Positions 9,227 to 15,469 of a stretch of DNA of 64,000 bases are shown here, piece by piece (position 1 is the stretch's first letter; each line of letters begins with the position of its first letter). The notes beneath the pieces are model-generated. The model was not told the origin of the DNA, did no database searches, and worked only from the letters and a program-made list of their open reading frames with translations. The stretch is from an uncultured Eubacteriales bacterium (GTDB taxonomy: Bacteria > Bacillota > Clostridia > Christensenellales > UBA1242): the NCBI GenBank assembly GCA_948512295.1, contig CAOQRA010000002.1:25877-89876 (forward strand), in the 5' to 3' direction. The position numbers and the translations under genes were made by a program.

Positions 9227-10264
9227 ATGAACGAAGAATTTAATTTAGATTTAATTGACAAAACATTTACAAGCTATAAAAAAGGACAGATGTTTGACGG
9301 CGTTGTCGTGATTAAGCGCGAGGATGGAGCGATTTTTAATATCGGCGGCAAGAATGACGCGTTCTTGCCGCGTGACGATTTTGATGACTATGACGCTTTA
9401 AAAATTGGTGACCGCTTTAAAGTAATCATCACAAATAATAAAAATGAAGAGGGTATGATTGAGGTGTCAAAGCGTGCGGCAGACGATAAAGTGCTTGCAA
9501 CGCAAAATGCGTTGAAGCTTAAGCTTGGCAGCACCTTTAGTTTTGTAGTTACTGGCACGCGTGATGGCGGATTTATATCCAAAATGGGTGATTATGAAAT
9601 ATTTATACCAGCTGATGAGATTTTTGAAAATGGAGTGCGTGATCCTCGTCATTTCGTAGGCAAACAATTTGAGGCAACTGTGACGGAAATAAATCGCGAT
9701 GAAAAATTAATTATTGCCAGTATAAAACTTCTTACAAAACAAATAAAAGAGACTAATGAAAATATGTTTTGGAACTCCACCTTTGTCAACAAACTTGTAG
9801 ACGGCAAAGTTAAAAAGATTATGCCATATGGCGCCTTTGTCGAGGTTGATGGAATAGATTGTTTCTTGCATATTTCTAACATCTCTTATGAGCGTATCCA
9901 AAGCCCGAGCGAGAAAATTAAAGAGGGTGAGTTTTATAAATTTAAAGTTATCGAACTTGACCGAGTGAATAAGAAAGTAGCGCTCAGCATGAAAGCTCTT
10001 CAAGAAAGCCCAAAGCTCCTTGCAATAAAGTCGCTTGAAATAGGTAAGGAATACAGCGGTGAGGTTGTAAAAATTTTAAAATTTGGTGCAATAATTTCAT
10101 TAGAAAACGGAGCAAGTGGACTACTTCATATTTCAAATGCGACCGAAGACAGACAAAAACAAATCTACGAGATTGTAAAAGTTGGCGACCGTGTCAATGT
10201 GGAAGTCCTTGACATCGACCTTGAAGAGCAGCGTGTAAGCTTTGAACTTGCAAACAAAGAGTAA
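9227..10264 (+). CDS. S1 RNA-binding domain protein (ribosomal protein S1-like, four S1 repeats)
   Basis: Repeated S1 motifs (G.V..I...GA.......G.LH.S). TTGACT-17-TATTAT promoter at 9174-9202. Confidence 0.8.
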   Translation: MNEEFNLDLIDKTFTSYKKGQMFDGVVVIKREDGAIFNIGGKNDAFLPRDDFDDYDALKIGDRFKVIITNNKNEEGMIEVSKRAADDKVLATQNALKLKLGSTFSFVVTGTRDGGFISKMGDYEIFIPADEIFENGVRDPRHFVGKQFEATVTEINRDEKLIIASIKLLTKQIKETNENMFWNSTFVNKLVDGKVKKIMPYGAFVEVDGIDCFLHISNISYERIQSPSEKIKEGEFYKFKVIELDRVNKKVALSMKALQESPKLLAIKSLEIGKEYSGEVVKILKFGAIISLENGASGLLHISNATEDRQKQIYEIVKVGDRVNVEVLDIDLEEQRVSFELANKE

Positions 10265-10272
10265 TCAATATA

Positions 10273-10312
10273 TAGTAGGTTGTATGCGTGAAAGCTTGCA
10301 TACTACCTACTA
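10273..10312 (+). other. Long hairpin (15-bp stem, one mismatch) without a U-tract
   Basis: TAGTAGGTTGTATGC ... GCATACTACCTACTA between the S1 gene and the next ORF. Confidence 0.4.
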
Positions 10313-10327
10313 AATGTGGAGAAGAAT

Positions 10328-10732
10328 ATGAAGATACTACTTATATGTTCAAAAGCGTTTTATGTCAAATTGCTTGATTTTAAAACAGACTTAGAAAAAT
10401 TGAAGCATGAGATCTTTATGCCAAACTGCTGGGATTGTCCTGAAACGGAAGCAAAATATAGAGGCACAGAGGGGCATAGTAATTGGAAAGCAAGCATGAT
10501 TAAGCATAGCGAAGAAGTTATCAAAAATATGGACGCAGTTCTTGTGCTTAATTATGATAAAAATGGTCAAAAGAATTATATTGGCGGAGCAACCTTTTTA
10601 GAAATCTATGATGCTTTTCGACTTGGTAAAAAGATATTTTTCATTAATCCATTGCCGGAAGGCATGTTAAAAGATGAACTGATAGGTTTTAATCCTATAA
10701 TAATCAATGGCGATTTAACTTTAATAAAATAA
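10328..10732 (+). CDS. Hypothetical protein
   Basis: ORF with a GGAG RBS. ATG at 10328 is preferred over GTG 10316. No confident family. Confidence 0.55.
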   Translation: MKILLICSKAFYVKLLDFKTDLEKLKHEIFMPNCWDCPETEAKYRGTEGHSNWKASMIKHSEEVIKNMDAVLVLNYDKNGQKNYIGGATFLEIYDAFRLGKKIFFINPLPEGMLKDELIGFNPIIINGDLTLIK

Positions 10733-10747
10733 AGTTTTCGCTCTTGT

Positions 10748-10823
10748 GCTGCTGTGGCTCAGTTGGTAGAGCAGCTGATTCGTAATCAGCAGGTCGGCGG
10801 TCCGAGTCCGCTCAGCAGCTCCA
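10748..10823 (+). tRNA. tRNA-Thr (anticodon CGT)
   Basis: Hand-folded cloverleaf. Acceptor GCTGCTG/CAGCAGC, D arm GCTC-AGTTGGTA-GAGC, anticodon arm GCTGA-TTCGTAA-TCAGC, T arm GGCGG-TCCGAGT-CCGCT. Discriminator T and encoded CCA. Confidence 0.9.
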
Positions 10824-10839
10824 TATAAACTAAGTAAAA

Positions 10840-10865
10840 AGTCTTCTTTTTCAGAAGGCTTTTTA
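10840..10865 (+). terminator. Terminator after tRNA-Thr
   Basis: Stem AGTCTTCT/AGAAGGCT followed by a T-run. Confidence 0.5.
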
Positions 10866-10877
10866 TTTGTCAAAAAA

Positions 10878-10923
10878 CACAATATACGGGGATATGTGAG
10901 ATAGTATAGCCACAATATACGGG
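10878..10923 (+). repeat. 13-bp direct repeat CACAATATACGGG x2
   Basis: Exact copies at 10878-10890 and 10911-10923, 55-100 nt downstream of the tRNA. Confidence 0.7.
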
Positions 10924-10995
10924 AAAAACGGTTTTTCAGCGGTTTTCACAAAAATAAAAAAAGTCTTCATTTTGACGTAAAGACTTTTGGAAAGT

Positions 10996-11088
10996 TTTGA
11001 TTTTTAATAAAAATAAGGCAAAAATGGGCAATTTTTACGAGAAATCAAAAATAATCAAAATTTTTTGAAAAAATCAAAAAAATCAAAA
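10996..11088. repeat. AAATCAAA octamer array (left)
   Basis: TTTGATTT at 10996-11003. AAATCAAA/AATCAAAA at 11042, 11053, 11071 and 11080. Lies just upstream of the extended -10 promoter of the ASCH gene. Confidence 0.7.
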
Positions 11089-11151
11089 TTATAGAGATTA
11101 AACAGATATAGATTGCAAAGGGTTGTGGTATAATGAGTGCAGGAGAAAAAT

Positions 11152-11544
11152 ATGAAACATATAGCAATCTTAAGGCAACCTTTTTTTGACATGGTACTAA
11201 ATGGAACGAAGACAATTGAAAGTCGTTGGGCAATGCATAGAGTTGCGCCGTATAACAAAATAAAGAAAGGCGATGAAATTTGGCTCAAGGAAACAGGGAA
11301 AGATGTCACAGCAAAAGCTATTAGTCAGAATGTGAAATTCTACGAACTAACCCCAGAAATTGTTGAGCAAATAAGAAAAGAATATGGTAAGCAAATTGGA
11401 ACAGATTATTTTGAAGATTGGCAAAGTACGCTTCAAAAAAGATATTGCACACTTATTTGGCTAGAAAAAGTAAAAAAAATTCATCCAATGAAAGTTCCAC
11501 GAAGTAATGGTGCTGGTTGGATTTGTGTGAACGAAAAAAAATAG
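11152..11544 (+). CDS. ASCH (PUA-like) domain protein
   Basis: FFDMVLNGTKTIESR and KKGDEIWLKE are typical of the ASCH fold. TGgTATAAT promoter at 11126-11134; AGGAG RBS. Confidence 0.7.
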   Translation: MKHIAILRQPFFDMVLNGTKTIESRWAMHRVAPYNKIKKGDEIWLKETGKDVTAKAISQNVKFYELTPEIVEQIRKEYGKQIGTDYFEDWQSTLQKRYCTLIWLEKVKKIHPMKVPRSNGAGWICVNEKK

Positions 11545-11577
11545 CAGTGGAGTGAACCTAAGGCTCACTTAATACCG

Positions 11578-11835
11578 CTATCTTTTTTTATTGAAATTTA
11601 TTGTTTGACTGACAAAGTCTAAGACAAAGCGAATCAATTCATAGTCGTTTAAAGATTGCAATTCAAATGTTGACTTTTCGTAATTCTTAAACAATAAACG
11701 CTGCTCGTTAGACAATGATTCATCAAGTTTTATTGCATTGTCTATAACCTTATTCATAGATTTTTTATACTCAGAATCAGAGTCAATTTTTCGGTCAGAG
11801 AATTGTTCAAAAATTATTTGCACTATATCAATCAT
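11578..11835 (-). CDS. Hypothetical protein
   Basis: 85-aa ORF downstream of, and co-oriented with, the XRE gene. Confidence 0.5.
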   Translation of the reverse strand: MIDIVQIIFEQFSDRKIDSDSEYKKSMNKVIDNAIKLDESLSNEQRLLFKNYEKSTFELQSLNDYELIRFVLDFVSQTINFNKKR

Positions 11836-11903
11836 GACACCACCTCCATGCTTGGTGGTGTTTTAACTCTTTAAAAAAAGTATTGCAAGTCTTTTCACAA
11901 GAT

Positions 11904-12248
11904 TCATTTTTTCATTTTTATAATTTGGCAAAGAGCTTCTTTTTCAGATTTTGACATGTTACGAATTAATTCCAAAAGTTCCTTATCTTCATCATATTTA
12001 GTTAAGTCATAATAAAACAACTCACTTGGAGTTATTTCTAACAAATCAATGAGGGCAAAAAGTGTTGTAGAATTTATATTGATATCACCAGCTTCAACTC
12101 TATAATACCAACTTTCGGTATATCCTAACCTTAAACTTACTTCCCTTGCCGATAAATTCCTTTTATTGCGAAAATAACCTAATCTATTAATAAGATCCTT
12201 TAACCCATTGTGATAGTCTAGTTCGGTTGTATGCTTCATATTTTTCAC
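11904..12248 (-). CDS. XRE-family helix-turn-helix regulator (candidate prophage repressor)
   Basis: HTH_XRE signature RNKRNLSAREVSLRLGYTESWYYRVEAGDININSTTLFALIDLLEITPSELF. Divergent from the + strand genes. Confidence 0.8.
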   Translation of the reverse strand: MKNMKHTTELDYHNGLKDLINRLGYFRNKRNLSAREVSLRLGYTESWYYRVEAGDININSTTLFALIDLLEITPSELFYYDLTKYDEDKELLELIRNMSKSEKEALCQIIKMKK

Positions 12249-12392
12249 CTCTTATTATATTTTAAAACGGCATACAAGTAGGTGGTTTTAATTTAATGTT
12301 GGTATTTTATAAAAATCTTTCATAAAATGTGGAATAATTTTTAATTTTATGTTATAATGCTTGTAAAATATAACATAAAAGGAAAAACTGCT

Positions 12393-12905
12393 ATGAAAAT
12401 TGCAATGGTTACAGGTCATAGACCAAAAGGGTTAAATAAAGTAATGAAGTACGGAGATTATGATGATATCCAATTTATGGAGTATGTAGAATCAATGGGT
12501 TACATTGTAGACAAACACCTAAGAGATGGCTACGATTTATTTATCAGCGGAGGAGCAATAGGTGTTGATTTAGACTTTGCAGAAATGGTGCAACATCTTC
12601 GTGGAACAAAGTATTCACATGTAAAGCTTGAAATTGCAATACCATGCGATAATCAAGATTTAAAATGGAGTCTAGACGATAAACAAAGATACAAAGAAAT
12701 CTTGGCTGATGCAGAAATTATAACTCAAGTTGGCCATAAATTTACATCTTGGTGCATGCAAAAACGAAATGAGTATATGGTAGATAAAGCAGATAAAGTC
12801 ATAGCATTTTGGAATGGAGAAGAACATGGCGGAACTTGGAACACAATTCAATATGCAAAAAAACGAGGCAAAGAGATAGAAATTATAGACTTGAGAAGTC
12901 TATAA
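12393..12905 (+). CDS. YpsA-like SLOG (DUF1273) family protein
   Basis: VTGHRP, ISGGAIGVDLDFAE and KRNEYMVDKADKVIAFWNGEEHGGT are colinear with the Bacillus YpsA architecture. Confidence 0.7.
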   Translation: MKIAMVTGHRPKGLNKVMKYGDYDDIQFMEYVESMGYIVDKHLRDGYDLFISGGAIGVDLDFAEMVQHLRGTKYSHVKLEIAIPCDNQDLKWSLDDKQRYKEILADAEIITQVGHKFTSWCMQKRNEYMVDKADKVIAFWNGEEHGGTWNTIQYAKKRGKEIEIIDLRSL

Positions 12906-12964
12906 GAAAGAAAACATTCCATTTTGGCTAAAAATGGTGTATGCTATTAATGGAGATTTTAATC

Positions 12965-13540
12965 ATGAAAAACTATAATGGACGAACTAGATGCCGTACG
13001 CAAGTACAGCTAGAAATGTCTGATCTAGTGACTAAAAAAGAGTCAGTAGCAGACAAAACAGCGACTGCACAAGGAGTCGCAAAGGCTAATCATAAGCCAT
13101 ACAAAGAAACCAATATTATAAAAGATGAGCAAGCAGAACTTGACTTGCCATTGCAAGTGCCGGAAGATTCTAGTGAATTGTTTGTCATAACTAAGGTAAA
13201 AAAATTGGCTGCCTATGTGATAACGGTTACAGAGAAATCACCTAAACGATTTCGTGCTGTTTTTGTCAATCGTATGCAAAACTATTGTCTTGACTGCCTA
13301 GAATATTTGATTGAAGCTAACAGCTTAAGATTAGATAACACGGAAAACATACGAAAACGAAAAGATTGTCAACACAATGCGTACATGAAACTTAAATTAT
13401 TAGGCTACATGTCATTTTTATCACTAGAAAGCGAATGCATATTGAAAAAACAATATGAACAGATATCATTGCAAGTGGCAGATAGCATAAATCTACTTGT
13501 CGCTTGGAGAAGAAGTGATGCCAATCGAATTGGCAAATAA
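12965..13540 (+). CDS. avd: DGR accessory variability determinant (Avd-like four-helix bundle) with an N-terminal extension
   Basis: C-terminal ~120 aa (KSPKRFRAVFVNRMQNYCLDCLEYLIEAN ... QISLQVADSINLLVAWRRS) matches the Avd / 23S-IVS-protein pattern. Sits directly upstream of TR. The start could also be 12941. Confidence 0.7.
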   Translation: MKNYNGRTRCRTQVQLEMSDLVTKKESVADKTATAQGVAKANHKPYKETNIIKDEQAELDLPLQVPEDSSELFVITKVKKLAAYVITVTEKSPKRFRAVFVNRMQNYCLDCLEYLIEANSLRLDNTENIRKRKDCQHNAYMKLKLLGYMSFLSLESECILKKQYEQISLQVADSINLLVAWRRSDANRIGK

Positions 13541-13597
13541 CAACGGATTAACGCGGTGACGCTTTAATTAAGGTAAGATTGATTATGGTTAGTGGCT

Positions 13598-13702
13598 TTT
13601 GGCTGCGCTCGGCCTATTCTAAAAATAATGCTAACAAAATAAATTATGACGGCGACCTTAACAATAATAATGCTAACAAAACCGTCCTAGGCCTGTGTCC
13701 CG
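13598..13702 (+). repeat. DGR template repeat (TR)
   Basis: 105 nt, homologous to 15253-15356. Asn-rich (AAT/AAC) when read in the VR frame. 13 of 14 substitutions versus VR fall on its adenines. Confidence 0.85.
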
Positions 13703-13918
13703 ATTTGCCTTTGAAGAACAAACAAGGTTTGTTAAAAAACAACCAGAAGTGGTCAATATCAAGTGAATTGATCGAGTGTGTAAGGCAAAGGAATCTTACT
13801 CTTTTCTAGTAACTTACCTAAAGTACTAGAAGAAAACGACCATCTCGACAACCAACGCGAAAGTTTTGGAAGTTTACCGCAAGGGAGATGGTCAAATTTA
13901 ATAATACAAGGAGTGGCT

Positions 13919-14944
13919 ATGCTGAAAGAGGCTTTTACATTTGAAAAATTGCTAACTGCACATAAAAGATGCAGAAGATCTAAGCAACACAAGACAGAAA
14001 CCATTTCTTTTGAAATAAATTTATCTGCAACACTAGTAGAATTGTCAAAAAGGTTATTAAATATGACCTATAAACCGGGTAAGTATAAAGAATTTAAAAT
14101 TTTTGAACCAAAAGAGAGAACTATTGAAGCCTTATCATATAAAGACAGAGTTGTGCTAATGGCACTTTGCAGCAACATTATTGAACCGAAAGTCGAAAAA
14201 TACTTGATATTTGATAATGTAGCATGTAGAAAGAATAAAGGTACTCTTTTTGGTATAAAACGATTGGAAGGTTTTTTACATGATTATTATAGAAAATTTG
14301 GGCATAAAGGGTATTTTTTGAAATGCGATATAAAAAAATATTTTCAAAGCATTGATCACAACATGCTCATTGAAAAATTGAAAAAAACCGATTTAGATAA
14401 TGAAGACTTATTGATAATTAAAACTATTATTGACAGCAAGAATGCTGACAGCGGGGTAGGACTCCCTATCGGCAATCAAACAAGTCAATGGTTTGGTTTG
14501 TTTTACTTAAACACAATAGACAGACTTATAAAGGAAAAATTGCAAATAAAATATTATGTTCGCTATATGGATGATATGATATTAATTCACCACGATAAAG
14601 AATATTTAAAGTTTTGCAAAAAAGAAATACAAAGATGTGCTGAAAATGAGTTGCACCTTAAACTAAACAGTAAAACACAAATTGGAACACTTCAAAATGG
14701 AATAGATTTTCTGGGATTTCATCATACACTTTGCGAAACAGGAAAAGTAAAAAGGTTCTTAAGAGGGCAAGCAAAACTAAGAACAAGACGAAAAGTAAAA
14801 CATTTAGCACAATTAAAGAACTCAAAACTAATAACAAAAGATAAGTTAAATCAGAGATTAAATGCCTTGAAAGCGCATGTAATACATTCAAATGCTAAGA
14901 AATTTTACTTAAATTTAACATATAAATACCATTTGCCTAGTTAA
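13919..14944 (+). CDS. DGR-type reverse transcriptase
   Basis: RT motifs include the DGR hallmark LPIGNQTSQ and the catalytic YMDD (YVRYMDDMILIH). AAGGAG RBS. Confidence 0.9.
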   Translation: MLKEAFTFEKLLTAHKRCRRSKQHKTETISFEINLSATLVELSKRLLNMTYKPGKYKEFKIFEPKERTIEALSYKDRVVLMALCSNIIEPKVEKYLIFDNVACRKNKGTLFGIKRLEGFLHDYYRKFGHKGYFLKCDIKKYFQSIDHNMLIEKLKKTDLDNEDLLIIKTIIDSKNADSGVGLPIGNQTSQWFGLFYLNTIDRLIKEKLQIKYYVRYMDDMILIHHDKEYLKFCKKEIQRCAENELHLKLNSKTQIGTLQNGIDFLGFHHTLCETGKVKRFLRGQAKLRTRRKVKHLAQLKNSKLITKDKLNQRLNALKAHVIHSNAKKFYLNLTYKYHLPS

Positions 14945-14958
14945 TTTTTCAAAAAGTA

Positions 14959-14987
14959 TTGCAAAAATTGAAAAAATGTGTTATCAT
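14959..14987 (+). promoter_or_regulatory. Promoter of the VR-bearing gene
   Basis: TTGCAA (14959-14964), 17 nt, TATCAT (14982-14987), preceded by TG. Confidence 0.5.
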
Positions 14988-15017
14988 ATTTAATGAATAA
15001 CATAGGAGGCAACCGCT

Positions 15018-15344
15018 ATGAAATGGACAGATTTAGTAGAAAGAGTTCGAATATCAAACACAGATGAAGATCAAAATACTGGTAATTCATCATTTGATAC
15101 ACAAGATTATGTGTATTTGGACTCTCGTGATGAAGTTAAAAATTGGCAAGCCAATCAAAAGGCAGCAGCTATTACAGACTGGGCATTGATGAATGGCGGT
15201 TTTCACAAATGGGATAGAAAAGCACCAAATGGTGGAAGATGTGTCACCAGTATTTGGCTGCGCTCGGCCTATTCTAAAAGTAATGCTACCAAAGCGATTA
15301 TGACGGCGACCTTTTCACTCATTATGCTCACTAGACCGTCGTAG
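15018..15344 (+). CDS. DGR target module (C-type-lectin/FGE-like fold with VR), currently frameshifted at its 3' end
   Basis: ...DWALMNGG...GGRCVTSIWLRSAYS enters the VR. AGGAGG RBS. The tail after 15294 is out of frame relative to TR (see findings). Confidence 0.7.
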   Translation: MKWTDLVERVRISNTDEDQNTGNSSFDTQDYVYLDSRDEVKNWQANQKAAAITDWALMNGGFHKWDRKAPNGGRCVTSIWLRSAYSKSNATKAIMTATFSLIMLTRPS

Positions 15345-15356
15345 GCCTGTGTCCCG
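15253..15356 (+). repeat. DGR variable repeat (VR) with IMH-like 3' end
   Basis: 104 nt. Identical to TR except at 13 TR-adenine positions, a 1-nt gap and one C/G difference 16 nt from the 3' end. Confidence 0.85.
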
Positions 15357-15387
15357 CTTTACACCTTAATCTTTCATCTTTTCTCTC

Positions 15388-15400
15388 GGCGCGAAGCGCC
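15388..15400 (+). other. GC hairpin downstream of VR
   Basis: GGCGC-GAA-GCGCC, 32 nt past the VR end. Confidence 0.4.
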
Positions 15401-15469
15401 TCGCGTGATTTTGGAAAGGTTGGTGTTGTTAAAGCTAGCAACGGAGATATCATTTCCCACACGATTCAG

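Larger units (their letters stand above)
12965..15400 (+). mobile_element. Diversity-generating retroelement cassette (avd - TR - RT - target VR)
   Basis: See component features. TR and VR differ almost only at TR adenines. Confidence 0.85.

Noticed and set aside
10721-10915. 64-aa minus-strand ORF
   Set aside because: It lies antisense across tRNA-Thr and its terminator, so it is an artefact.
10996-11088. Possibility that the AAATCAAA arrays are CRISPR arrays
   Set aside because: The repeat unit is only 8 nt with irregular 0-50 nt gaps. There are no spacer-like unique segments of constant size and no cas genes in the window.
13579-13809. 76-aa ORF (MIMVSGFWLRSAYSKNNANK...) between avd and the RT
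   Set aside because: It is the DGR template repeat read in the VR frame, plus spacer. It has no RBS and its Asn-rich text mirrors the VR. I treat it as non-coding TR RNA, not a gene.
15385-15396. 12-nt CTCGGCGCGAAG downstream of VR is the exact reverse complement of 3718-3729 in a host intergenic region
   Set aside because: A single 12-mer match is not significant at this window size. I kept only the local hairpin observation.
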